DNA of 31,423 nt from an uncultured Acidimicrobiaceae bacterium (GCA_964497005.1 CAZCCS010000003.1:1-31423), one strand, 5' to 3'; positions 7,024 to 16,651 are shown, counted from the first letter of the stretch. Made by a program: numbers and translations. Notes: generated by a model not told the origin, from the sequence alone.

Positions 7024-8922
7024 CCCTTGGAGTCGATCAACTCGCCGACCGATCTAGGCAAGCTCGAGCTCGACGAGTTGAACGCTCTGGCGGCGGAGAT
7101 CCGCTCGTTCATCGTGCAGGCGGTGTCGGTGACCGGGGGCCACCTGGGTTCCAACCTCGGAGCGGTGGAACTGACAATCGCGCTGCACCGGGTGTTCTCG
7201 TCGCCAAGGGACGTCCTGCTTTGGGACACCGGCCACCAGGCGTATGTCCACAAGATCCTCACCGGCCGGCGAGACATGTTCGCCACGCTCCGCCAGAGCG
7301 GCGGGCTGTCGGGGTACCCCTCGAGGGCCGAGTCGGTCCACGACTGGGTCGAGAACAGCCACGCGTCGACGATCCTGTCCTACGCCCACGGCCTGTCCGC
7401 AGCGATAGCCCGCAGCGCCAGCCCGGACCGCAGGGTCGTCGCGGTGATCGGCGACGGGTCGATGACGGGAGGCATGGCGTTCGAGGGGCTGAACAACTTG
7501 GGGCACAGCGGGAGCCGGGTAGTTGTGGTCTTGAACGACAACGGGCGGTCTTACGCGCCGACTATCTCGCGCCTGTCGGAGAGCCTTACCAAGCTCCGAC
7601 TGCACCCGGGGATCAACTCGGTTCGGTCGAGGATCGAGGAGGCGGTGCGCGACCTGCCGCGTGTCGGTAGCTTCGCCTACTCGAGCCTGCAGGGTCTCTA
7701 CTCGGCGGTGCGCGAGGTGATCGAGCCGCCGGCGTTCTTCGAGGCGCTCGGAGTGCGATACGTCGGGCCGCTCGACGGGCACGACCTGGCAGGTCTCGAG
7801 CAGGCGCTTTCGCAGGCGGCTTCGTTCGATGGGCCGATAGTCGTGCATGTCCTCACCCAGAAGGGCCGCGGGTACCCGCCTGCGGAAAACGACGACGAGA
7901 AGTGCCTCCACGACGCCCCCGTCTTCGACCCCGCAGTCGGGCCGCCGGAAGGATGGTCCGCGCCGCGCGGCTACACCCAGGCATTCAACGAAGCGATGCT
8001 GTCCATCGGAGAGCGCTACCCCAACGTCGTGGCGATCACGGCCGCGATGCCCGGGCCGACCGGTCTGCTGCCGTTCGCCGGAAGATGGCCCGACCGGTTC
8101 TTCGATGTCGGGATCGCTGAGCAGACCGCGGTGACTTCGGCCGCTGGCATGGCGATGGGCGGCCTGCGACCCGTGGTCGCGGTCTATTCGACGTTCCTCA
8201 CCCGCGCGTTCGACCAACTGAACCTCGACGTCGGCCTACACGGCCTGCCAGTGGTGTTCGCCCTCGACCGAGCGGGGATCACCGGTCCCGACGGGCCGAG
8301 TCACCACGGGGTGCTCGACATGGCGCTCTGCCTGAAGGTGCCGGGCATGACCATCTTCGCCCCCTCCTCCGCGCAGGAGGTTCCGGTCATGCTGGAGACG
8401 GCGCTGCAGCTCTCAGGTCCCGCGTCGATCCGCTGGCCCCGGACGGCCGCCCGCCATGTGCCGGCGGACCAGGTGGGCGAAGGGCTGCAGGCTCGGCTGG
8501 TCCGCCGCGGCGACGCCGATGCTCCGGACTCCGTATGCATCCTGGCGGTCGGGAAGATGCTGCAGGCCGCCGAGGAAGCGGCCGAGATCCTCGCTGCGGA
8601 CGGGACCGAGGCGACGGTCTGGGACGTGCGGGTAGTGAGGCCGCTGGACCCGCAGATGCTCACGGACGCCGGAAGGCACAAGATGGTCGTGACGGTCGAG
8701 GACGGGGTCCGCACCGGCGGCGCCGGCTCGTACATCACCGACGCGATGGCCGACCTGTTCGAGACCAGGGCCACGCCTCCGGTCCTGGTCCTCGGCATCC
8801 CGGTGGCCTACATTCCCCACGGGGAGCCCGACCGGATCCTGGCGCAACTGGGTCTCGACGGACCCGGGATCGCCGCCGACATCGCCAAGGCGCTCCCCCG
8901 CCGCGACGCCGCCGGCGGGTAA
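7021..8922 (+). CDS. dxs: 1-deoxy-D-xylulose-5-phosphate synthase
   Basis: GGHLGSNLGAVELT, DTGHQAYVHK, GDGSMTGGMAFEGLNN, DVGIAEQ, YSTFL.RAFDQ, DGPSHHG; 633 aa. Confidence 0.98.
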   Translation: MPLESINSPTDLGKLELDELNALAAEIRSFIVQAVSVTGGHLGSNLGAVELTIALHRVFSSPRDVLLWDTGHQAYVHKILTGRRDMFATLRQSGGLSGYPSRAESVHDWVENSHASTILSYAHGLSAAIARSASPDRRVVAVIGDGSMTGGMAFEGLNNLGHSGSRVVVVLNDNGRSYAPTISRLSESLTKLRLHPGINSVRSRIEEAVRDLPRVGSFAYSSLQGLYSAVREVIEPPAFFEALGVRYVGPLDGHDLAGLEQALSQAASFDGPIVVHVLTQKGRGYPPAENDDEKCLHDAPVFDPAVGPPEGWSAPRGYTQAFNEAMLSIGERYPNVVAITAAMPGPTGLLPFAGRWPDRFFDVGIAEQTAVTSAAGMAMGGLRPVVAVYSTFLTRAFDQLNLDVGLHGLPVVFALDRAGITGPDGPSHHGVLDMALCLKVPGMTIFAPSSAQEVPVMLETALQLSGPASIRWPRTAARHVPADQVGEGLQARLVRRGDADAPDSVCILAVGKMLQAAEEAAEILAADGTEATVWDVRVVRPLDPQMLTDAGRHKMVVTVEDGVRTGGAGSYITDAMADLFETRATPPVLVLGIPVAYIPHGEPDRILAQLGLDGPGIAADIAKALPRRDAAGG

Positions 8923-8938
8923 ACGCCAGATCGGGAGC

Positions 8939-9685
8939 CTAAAGGTCGAGAGTCTGTATAACAGGCGCTTCGAGATCGACCGACGGCGGCGGCGGGACGG
9001 GGTCGAGGAGACCGGGTCCGTCGTTGGCGACGTTGTTGACCATGCTGCTCACCGGGAAGACGTCGAACCACTCCGAGGGCGGGGTGATGAGAAGACTCCG
9101 GGCCTTGTCGGAGTCCACCGAAGGGTCGAGCCACTGCCCCCAGTCCGCCGGGTCGAGCACCACCGGTATGCGGTCGTGGATGGGTGCCATCAAGTCGTTC
9201 GCCGCGGTGGTGACGATGACGCAGGTCCGAAGTGGGTCGGCCTCAGGGTTGTCCGGGTCGCGCCACACCTCCCACAGCCCGGCGAACGCCATCGGCTGGC
9301 CGTCGCGGCGACGGACAGCGAACGGGAGCTTGCCGGCGTTCCGCCCGTCCGCTGTCGTCCTGTGTTGCCACTCGTAGAAAGCGTCAGCGGGGATCAGACA
9401 GCGCCGGCGATCCAGCGCGGAGCGAAACGCCGGCTTGATTTCGATTCCCTCAGCCCGGGCGTTGATCATCCGGTTCCCTACCGCGGGGTCCTTCGCCCAC
9501 GACGGAACAAGCCCCCACTTGAAGGTGCCTAGCGCGCGATGGTCGCGACGTACCGCCACGGCGTACACCTGCAATGACGGGGCGACGTTGTAGCGAGCCG
9601 GAAGCGGCTCGGCCCGGATCTCTTCGACCTGAAAGATCTTGGCCAGCTCTTCCATGGTCGTACTCGACGTGTAACGACCGCACAT
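8939..9685 (-). CDS. SOS response-associated peptidase (SRAP; YedK/HMCES family abasic-site protein)
   Basis: N-terminal MCGRY (catalytic Cys2), RYNVAP, WGLVPSW, INARAE, RRCLIPADAFYEW, IHDRIP. Confidence 0.96.
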   Translation of the reverse strand: MCGRYTSSTTMEELAKIFQVEEIRAEPLPARYNVAPSLQVYAVAVRRDHRALGTFKWGLVPSWAKDPAVGNRMINARAEGIEIKPAFRSALDRRRCLIPADAFYEWQHRTTADGRNAGKLPFAVRRRDGQPMAFAGLWEVWRDPDNPEADPLRTCVIVTTAANDLMAPIHDRIPVVLDPADWGQWLDPSVDSDKARSLLITPPSEWFDVFPVSSMVNNVANDGPGLLDPVPPPPSVDLEAPVIQTLDL

Positions 9686-9698
9686 GGCTAATCGACGT

Positions 9699-10940
9699 TC
9701 ACGGGCGGGCGAACAGAGCGATGCAGTCCCTGCTGCTCGCAGTCAGGTAGTGCGACGTAGACGGGACCATGTCGACTAGAAGCTTCTTCACGGTCAGGTC
9801 TGCCGGCGGCAGTCCGGCCGGCGCAGGCGAGTAGGTGAAAAAGTCGACCCAGGCGCTGTTGATGTCCAACTCCATCGCCCGCACCGCGCCGGCCCGGGCC
9901 AAAAGGTCGGCGAGCATGTGCACGCTCAAGTCGGGACCGGCCGCGTACACGAGAGCTCCGTTCGCCGTTTCCCCCACTCCCGACCGCCAGACCATCACCT
10001 TGTTTGCGACCGTGAAACCCCACTGGGCCGAGCTGCCAATGTCCAGGCCTTGGACCGGCCGGCCGCCGTCCACGATCAGGTCGAGGTTCTGCCGGGCGAC
10101 CACCACATCGGGCGTCAACGAGACATCCCGGCCCCAGTCGCCGACATGCGGAGTTCCATCGGCGGTGATCCACAGGGTCGCCGCCCCGGCCCTGAGCGGC
10201 CGGGCGTACCGACCCGAGTCGTAGTAACCCCCTCGGGCGTCCTGCATCCTGAAGCCCGAGTTGAACGCGGCGAGCAGGTTCGGTCGGACGGCGTCAGCGA
10301 TGGGCAGCTGGTGGGCCCACCCTGAACCGCCCGGTTCGACGGCGCCGGCGTAGCTCGCCGCGGTGACCAGCTTGGGATCGATCCAGGCGACCGCCGAGAC
10401 CAGGCTGGTGTACACCGAGTCCGGGCGCAGGTAGGTCGCGTACATGGCGGGCTGTCCGTCCACTGGTTGGCCGAGAGGCTGCCAGGTCCCCTCGCCGGGA
10501 AGCGGGTTGCTCACCAACGGCTGCAGCGCCGCCGGCGGGGGAAGGGCGACGACCGCCGGCACGGTGACGGCAGGGGGGACGGTGACGGCGGGCGGCCTGG
10601 ACGCCGGTGAGCTGTTGCCGTTGAGTTGCTGCTGGAGTTTCCGGCTCGGAAGCCCGCCCTTCTTCGGCTTGTGGTGGCTGTACCAGTAGTTCTCGACGTC
10701 GTTGACCAGCCAGCGGAAGTGGTGCGTTCGGAGCCACTCGACCGATCTGACGCTGAGCGCGTCGGTACCGGGACCGGTCAGCGCCGAGGCGTAGGAGTAC
10801 CCGATCGGCGCGAGCAGACCCAGCAAGATTGCCAGTACGACCAGCTTGGTTATCCGCCGGCGGCGGCGCCGGTCCGGGCCGGCTCCGGGATCTGCAGCCG
10901 CTCCGGCTGTTGATTCGTCGGCTCGAGGGTCAGTGATCAT
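9699..10940 (-). CDS. Membrane-anchored phosphodiester glycosidase family protein (NAGPA/DUF2233-like)
   Basis: Arg-rich N-region plus TM helix and Pro-rich linker, then AAFNSGF, WRSGVG...GALVYA and GAVRAMELD motifs. Confidence 0.7.
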   Translation of the reverse strand: MITDPRADESTAGAAADPGAGPDRRRRRRITKLVVLAILLGLLAPIGYSYASALTGPGTDALSVRSVEWLRTHHFRWLVNDVENYWYSHHKPKKGGLPSRKLQQQLNGNSSPASRPPAVTVPPAVTVPAVVALPPPAALQPLVSNPLPGEGTWQPLGQPVDGQPAMYATYLRPDSVYTSLVSAVAWIDPKLVTAASYAGAVEPGGSGWAHQLPIADAVRPNLLAAFNSGFRMQDARGGYYDSGRYARPLRAGAATLWITADGTPHVGDWGRDVSLTPDVVVARQNLDLIVDGGRPVQGLDIGSSAQWGFTVANKVMVWRSGVGETANGALVYAAGPDLSVHMLADLLARAGAVRAMELDINSAWVDFFTYSPAPAGLPPADLTVKKLLVDMVPSTSHYLTASSRDCIALFARP

Positions 10941-11039
10941 GGAGACGGGTCCAGGGAAAACCCGAAGCTACCAGCGGGACGGTTAAAGGCTGGCGAACCG
11001 GCGGTAGCGGTAGACTCAGGGCTCGCTCCACTCCTAACC

Positions 11040-12731
11040 ATGGCCGTCATCTACCCCGCCCCCAGCGCCGGCCATCGTGGTCGCGCCTGGTGGCAGGAGC
11101 ATGCGGTGGCCCTCGCACCGGCCGCTCTCGCGCTCCTGCTAGCCACAGCCGTCTGGCTGCTCGGCTGGCGCGGGGTCGATCAGGCGGCGCAGTTGTACCG
11201 GGTGACTCTGTTCAAGACGCACGGTTTGTTGCTGTGGGACAGCGGGTGGTACGGCGGGAATTTCCCGTTGAGCTACAGCGTCCTTTTTCCCGCGCTGGCG
11301 AGCGTGGTGAGCATCCAGGCGATGGCGATCGTGTCGGCGGCGGTGGCAACGTGGGCGTTCGACCGGGTGGTCCGGGGGTACTTCGGTTCACGCCCGCTCG
11401 GCACGTGGTACTTCGCGGTGTCGACCATCCTGCCGGTGATGATCGGCCAGCTGCCCTTCCTGGCGGGGGAGGCAGCAGGGCTATCAGCGGTGCTGGCGCT
11501 GCAAAAGGGCCGGAAGCGGGCCGCGTTGGGGTTGGGGGTGCTGGCGGCGATGTTTTCGCCGTTGGCGGCCGCGTTCCTCGCAATGGCATGCGTCGCCTGG
11601 GCTCTCAAAGCGAGCGGCCGGAGGGGTTGGACCGCTGCGACCGCGGCGGTGAGCCTGGCGGTGATAATCGGGATCGGAGTGCTGTTCCCGGGGGACGGTC
11701 CGTTTCCGTTCCCGTGGCAGGGACTGGTCGTGACCGAATTGCTGTGCCTGACCGCGCTGACCCCGTTCGTTCGGACCACCCCGGCCGTGCGTTTGGGAGC
11801 CCTCCTTTACGCGGCGGCCTCCCTTTTTTCCTTCGTAGTTCCTAACCCGCTCGGAGGCAACGCACCGAGGCTCGCTGGGGCCATCGGGGTCCCGCTGCTC
11901 GCCTGTTTCGTCACGGCTCAGGGGCCCGCTTTGGAGCGGCTGAGCGGGTCGGCCGTCGTCGAGCGGCTGCTGGGGGGGCGCCTGATCGAGATCCCCAGTC
12001 GCTGGCGCGTGCTCGGGCTGGCGTTGATCGTCCCGTTCGTGGTCTGGCAGTGGGCGCCGAGCCAGAAGATCGTCACGTCGCAGTCGACGGCGCCGGCGAC
12101 GACGCCTGCGTTCTACCAGCCCCTGCTGCAGGAGCTTTCGACGGTTGCGACCGGGCCGACCCGCCTGGAGATCCCCCCGACCATGGAGCACTGGGAGTCG
12201 GCCTACGTTGCCCCCTACGTGTCGCTGGCCCGGGGATGGGAACGTCAACTGGACGTCGCCGACAACCCGCTCTTCTACGACAAGTCGGGTCTCACCGCCC
12301 GGGCCTACACGGATTGGCTCGACAACGAAGGCATCCAGTTCGTCGCCCTCCCCGCCGCCCAGTTGGACTACGCGGCCAAGGCGGAGGGAAAGCTGCTTGC
12401 TTCGGGGCAGGTGAAGGTGCTCGACCTGGTCTGGCAGAACCCCCAATGGCGTCTGTGGCAGGTCCAAGGCAGCCCGGGATTGGTGACCGGGAGTGCGGTG
12501 CTGACGGCCTTGTCGCCTGACCATTTCGCCGTCGAGGCCACCGCCCCGGGCCTGATCACAGTGAGGGTGCGGTACACGGCCTTCTGGTCGATTGCTTCTG
12601 GTTCGGGTTGCGTCGGGCCGGCGCCTGACGGGTGGACCTCGGTCGACGCCTACCAACCCGGACCGATCCAGCTGTCGGCGGTCCTCGGTACGGCCCGCAA
12701 GACGACCTGTCTGGTAGTCGACCCGGGGTAA
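11040..12731 (+). CDS. Polytopic membrane protein, putative GT-C-fold glycosyltransferase with an extracytoplasmic C-terminal domain
   Basis: About 10 hydrophobic segments. Acidic residue after the first TM (GVDQAAQ..R), LWDSGWYGG..P.SYS.LFP, RGWERQLD, and a soluble C-terminal domain. Coding status is clear; function is inferred. Confidence 0.55.
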   Translation: MAVIYPAPSAGHRGRAWWQEHAVALAPAALALLLATAVWLLGWRGVDQAAQLYRVTLFKTHGLLLWDSGWYGGNFPLSYSVLFPALASVVSIQAMAIVSAAVATWAFDRVVRGYFGSRPLGTWYFAVSTILPVMIGQLPFLAGEAAGLSAVLALQKGRKRAALGLGVLAAMFSPLAAAFLAMACVAWALKASGRRGWTAATAAVSLAVIIGIGVLFPGDGPFPFPWQGLVVTELLCLTALTPFVRTTPAVRLGALLYAAASLFSFVVPNPLGGNAPRLAGAIGVPLLACFVTAQGPALERLSGSAVVERLLGGRLIEIPSRWRVLGLALIVPFVVWQWAPSQKIVTSQSTAPATTPAFYQPLLQELSTVATGPTRLEIPPTMEHWESAYVAPYVSLARGWERQLDVADNPLFYDKSGLTARAYTDWLDNEGIQFVALPAAQLDYAAKAEGKLLASGQVKVLDLVWQNPQWRLWQVQGSPGLVTGSAVLTALSPDHFAVEATAPGLITVRVRYTAFWSIASGSGCVGPAPDGWTSVDAYQPGPIQLSAVLGTARKTTCLVVDPG

Positions 12732-12779
12732 GCCGGGCTCGTCTCGGCAGAAGACGACTTGATGCCGGTCGGGGTTGGT

Positions 12780-14231
12780 TTAGGCCCGGACCATCGGAGG
12801 ACGGTCAGCTTCCGCCGGTGCCGGCGCGGCGATCGTGCCGGTCGACAGGGGGAGCCTCATGGTGAACACCGCTCCCCCGCCGTCGGCCTCGGAGATCTCG
12901 ACGGTCCCGCCGAAGGCGCGGCACAGGTCGGCGACGATGGCGAGACCCAGCCCGAAACCGCCGTGCACCCGGTCCCTCGCCTCGTCTAGCCGGACGAACC
13001 TTTCGAAGATGCGTCCACGGTCCTCGACGGGCACCCCCGGACCGTCATCGGACACCCGAAGCACAGCGTTGGGCGCGTTGGTCGAGACCTTGACTTCGAC
13101 GCGGGAGGCGGCGTAACGGCATGCGTTGTCGACGAGGTTGCCGATGATGCGCTCCAGATAGACCGCCGGAACCTGCACCGGGGTGGGCCGGCCGACCGCG
13201 ACAATCGACACTCCGTCGAAGCGGCTGGTCGCCTCTTCCACGACCTGTTGCGCGACAGCAGCGAGATCGGTAGGCGCGGCGTTGGGGTCAACTGACGCGA
13301 GATGCCCCTCGGACGATCTGGCAAGCATCAGCAACGATTCGACCAGCCGCCCCATCCGCTCGTCCTGAGCCAGCACCTCGGACGCGACCCGAGGCCATTC
13401 GGCGCGGTCGGGGTGGTGCAACGCGACCTCGATCTCGGTGCGGATGTTGGCGATCGGAGAGCGGAGTTCGTGGGAGGCGTCCGAGACGAACCGCCGTTCG
13501 CGCACCGTCGACTCCTCCAGGCGATCGAGCATGGAGTTGAGAGTTCTCGCAAGCCGGCCGACCTCGTCGTCGGTCGGAGGCGCAGCGACCCGGTGGGCTC
13601 CCGACACGGCGGCGACATCAGCGACCTCCCGGCGAAGAGCCTCGATCGGGCGAAGGGCGCGCCCGACGATCACCCAGCAGATCACTCCCACCACGAGCAA
13701 CAGCGCCGGCAGTCCGATCTCGAGGAGTCGCTGGACGTAGAGAAGGCTGTTGTCGTACTGATCGAGAGAGGTCACGACGACGACGTCGTCATGGGTCGAA
13801 CCCGAGCTGACCGGGACACGAACCACGTGGACGTCGCGGGCCTGGCCGGCGAGGACGTAGTCGTTGGTTTGGATCTGAGGGTCGCCTGGGATCCAGAGCG
13901 GGGGCTCGCGCCTGATCTCGCGGCTGGCGGCGAGAACCTTGCCGGAGTGGAGGACCTGAACCAGGCCGGATTCGAGCGAACTCGAAGGCGGGAGCTGGAT
14001 CGGGGGGATCAGGTCGGGGTTCATCGCGGAGATGACCCGGGCCTGCTCCTCAGCGGTGGTGACCAAGATGTGCTGGCGCTCGTGAGCGAAGGTCACCTCG
14101 ACGATCGCAGCGGAGACACCGAGGGCGCAGCCGACCGCGAGGACCGCGCTTACGGTGACCCTCACTCGGACCGTGTCGAACGCGTGCCTGACCCTGGCGA
14201 TCAGTCCGACCGTACGTCTGGCTAGCCGCAT
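12780..14231 (-). CDS. HAMP-domain sensor histidine kinase
   Basis: Two TMs, HAMP (DEVGRLARTLNSML), H-box DASHELRSP, N-box NLVDNA, DDGPG, GFGLGLAIV. Start moved to ATG at 14231 (TGATG overlap with the regulator stop). Confidence 0.95.
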   Translation of the reverse strand: MRLARRTVGLIARVRHAFDTVRVRVTVSAVLAVGCALGVSAAIVEVTFAHERQHILVTTAEEQARVISAMNPDLIPPIQLPPSSSLESGLVQVLHSGKVLAASREIRREPPLWIPGDPQIQTNDYVLAGQARDVHVVRVPVSSGSTHDDVVVVTSLDQYDNSLLYVQRLLEIGLPALLLVVGVICWVIVGRALRPIEALRREVADVAAVSGAHRVAAPPTDDEVGRLARTLNSMLDRLEESTVRERRFVSDASHELRSPIANIRTEIEVALHHPDRAEWPRVASEVLAQDERMGRLVESLLMLARSSEGHLASVDPNAAPTDLAAVAQQVVEEATSRFDGVSIVAVGRPTPVQVPAVYLERIIGNLVDNACRYAASRVEVKVSTNAPNAVLRVSDDGPGVPVEDRGRIFERFVRLDEARDRVHGGFGLGLAIVADLCRAFGGTVEISEADGGGAVFTMRLPLSTGTIAAPAPAEADRPPMVRA

Positions 14232-14947
14232 CACGAAACGGCTTCCTCTCGGATATCCGGCGCCGGCGGCTCGGTCGCACCGCCCACCAAGCGGTATCCG
14301 AAGCTTCGGACGGTCTCGATGTGCGAAGGCTCGCCGGCACGGTCGAGCTTCCTCCGTAGGTAGCCGACATACACCTCGACGACGTTCGGGTCCCGCTCGG
14401 CCGATGGATCCCACACGTGGTCGAGAAGCTCGTTCTTCGAGACCGTTTCTTCCGGGCGGTGCATCAGGTAGTTCAGAAGGGCGAACTCACGAGGCGTGAG
14501 GGTCACCTCCTCGTCCCCCCGCCAGCATCGGTGATCGCGCGAGTCCAGCCGGAGGTTGCCATGGGTCAATACCGCGCCTTGAGGCGCGCCTCCGCGGCGG
14601 ATCAACGCCCTGAGACGCGCCAGGAGCACCGGGTAGGAGAACGGCTTCGACAAGAAGTCGTCAGCGCCGGTGTCCAACGCTTCGGTCTGATCGAACTCGC
14701 CTTGCTTCGCGGTGAGCATGAGGACCGGAACCCGCTCGCCCGCGTCCCGCAGCGCCTTTGTCACCGCATAGCCGTTCAACTTGGGGAGCATTAGATCGAG
14801 CACGATCGCGTCGTAAGGGTGCCGGCAGGCGCGAGCCAGCCCGTCCTCGCCGTCGAGGGCGACGTCCACCGCGTAACCCTCGGCCTCGAGGCCCCGCGCG
14901 AGCGAGTTGGCCATGGACAACTCGTCCTCCACAATCAGGATCCTCAC
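14231..14947 (-). CDS. OmpR/PhoB-family response regulator
   Basis: MRILIVEDE, DLMLP phospho-Asp, LMLTAK, GADDFLSKPF, winged helix LTPREF...NVVEVYVGYLRRKL...IETVRSFGY. Confidence 0.97.
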   Translation of the reverse strand: MRILIVEDELSMANSLARGLEAEGYAVDVALDGEDGLARACRHPYDAIVLDLMLPKLNGYAVTKALRDAGERVPVLMLTAKQGEFDQTEALDTGADDFLSKPFSYPVLLARLRALIRRGGAPQGAVLTHGNLRLDSRDHRCWRGDEEVTLTPREFALLNYLMHRPEETVSKNELLDHVWDPSAERDPNVVEVYVGYLRRKLDRAGEPSHIETVRSFGYRLVGGATEPPAPDIREEAVS

Positions 14948-15022
14948 AGGAATAGTCTGCCCCGACGGGTCCGCACATGTCGGGTCGGGTACTGGCGGCT
15001 AGCCTCATAGGGTGCCTCCCGA

Positions 15023-16651
15023 GTGCACCGGCTGGATGGCGGCGTCCCAGGCGTGACCCTCCAAGATGTCTCTCCCGTCCGGTCGGCCGAACGCCCCGGC
15101 CGCCGGCTACGCGCGTTCGATTCGGACGGCGTTCTGGTCGCCAGCCTGGTCGTGGTCGCGCTGGCGTTGCGCGCGCCTTTCGTCGGCAGATCGTTCTGGA
15201 TCGACGAGGGCATCAGCGTCGGGATCTCGTCGCACCACCTGACCCAGATCCCGTCCCTCCTCACGCGCGACGGCTCCCCGCCGCTGTTCTACTTCCTGCT
15301 CCATTTTTGGATGCTGATCTTCGGCAGGTCGGAGATCGCCACACACCTGCTGCCACTCAGCATCTCGCTCGCCACCATTCCTCTTGCGTACTGGTCGGGC
15401 GTCGAGCTGTTCGGTCGGAGAGCCGGCCGCTGGGCCGCTGCTTTGATGGCGACCAACCCGTTCCTCGAGTGGTACTCCACCGAGACCCGGATGTACACGC
15501 TCGTGATCGCACTTTCGATCGTGGGCATCACCTTCGCAGTGCGCGCGGCACGCCGGCGCGACATCCCCGACGCCGCCGGCGCAGTCCTTGCCTACACGCT
15601 GCTTCTCTACACCCACAACTGGGGCATCTACCTCACCATCGTCTCGGTCGGGGTCCTCGCCGGCTGGGCCTGGTTCGAGGGCGATCGGAGGCTCGCCGCC
15701 CAGGTGTGCGCGGCCGGCGGGGCGGCGTTCGTTCTGTGGCTTCCGTGGCTCCCCTTCTTCCTCGACCAGGTGAACAGCACGGCCGCACCGTGGGCGGTGA
15801 GGCCCAACATCGGGAACTTCTTCGCCGACCAGGGCTACGAGCTTGGCGTCACCCTCAACTTCGCGGTCGCCCCGTTAATGGCTTACGGCGCCTGGCGCAC
15901 CCACAAGCTCCGGACGGCACGGGAGTCGCGAATCGCCGGCTTGCTGTGCGGGGTCGGATTGGGCACAGGGGTGGTTGGTTTTCTCGGGTCCCAGATCGAG
16001 CCGTCCTGGACCGTCCGCTACCTGGCCGTGATCGTCGCCCCAGTGCTTCTGGCGGCGGCGGGGGCGCTGAGCCCCAGCGAGACCGGCCGGAAGGTCCTCG
16101 GTTCGACCTGCGCGGTTCTCGCCGGTTGGAGCGCCATCGGTGCGATCCTCCCCAACCCGATCTTTCCTTACGCCAAGAGCAACGTCGCCGCCGTCTCCGC
16201 AGCGGCCTCCCCTGAACTGGCGCCCGGTGACGTGGTGGTCGTCACCCAGACCGAGCAGCTTTCCGTCCTCTCCTACTACCTGCCCAAGGGACTCGTGTAC
16301 GTGACGCCGACGGGACTGGTGGCCGACCCGACCGTCGTCGACTGGCGGGATATCGTGCCCCGGCTCCAGCACGCCGACCCGTGCATGACGGTGGGCCCGG
16401 TGATCGCGGACCTCCCGGTCGGAGCCCATGTCCTCGAGATCAACCCGGTGCACAAGCTCGGCGCCAGGGGTTCGACGTGGCAGAAGGCGGTCACATCGCA
16501 GGTGGCGTCGGTTGACCGGCTGCTGGCGACCGACCCGACGTTGGTGGCGATCGGATCGTACGCTGTCGCCGAATCGCCCCGGCCGTACAGCCCGGTTGTC
16601 GGCGAGGTGTTCCGCAAGACCGCCGGCCTGGGCCCCTGCGCCGGCGCTTGA
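15023..16651 (+). CDS. Glycosyltransferase family 39-like (GT-C, PMT_2-type) membrane protein
   Basis: SFWIDEG acidic motif, DGSPPLFYFLLHFW, YSTETRMY, YTHNWG, many TMs. Alternative GTG at 15053. Confidence 0.85.
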   Translation: MHRLDGGVPGVTLQDVSPVRSAERPGRRLRAFDSDGVLVASLVVVALALRAPFVGRSFWIDEGISVGISSHHLTQIPSLLTRDGSPPLFYFLLHFWMLIFGRSEIATHLLPLSISLATIPLAYWSGVELFGRRAGRWAAALMATNPFLEWYSTETRMYTLVIALSIVGITFAVRAARRRDIPDAAGAVLAYTLLLYTHNWGIYLTIVSVGVLAGWAWFEGDRRLAAQVCAAGGAAFVLWLPWLPFFLDQVNSTAAPWAVRPNIGNFFADQGYELGVTLNFAVAPLMAYGAWRTHKLRTARESRIAGLLCGVGLGTGVVGFLGSQIEPSWTVRYLAVIVAPVLLAAAGALSPSETGRKVLGSTCAVLAGWSAIGAILPNPIFPYAKSNVAAVSAAASPELAPGDVVVVTQTEQLSVLSYYLPKGLVYVTPTGLVADPTVVDWRDIVPRLQHADPCMTVGPVIADLPVGAHVLEINPVHKLGARGSTWQKAVTSQVASVDRLLATDPTLVAIGSYAVAESPRPYSPVVGEVFRKTAGLGPCAGA

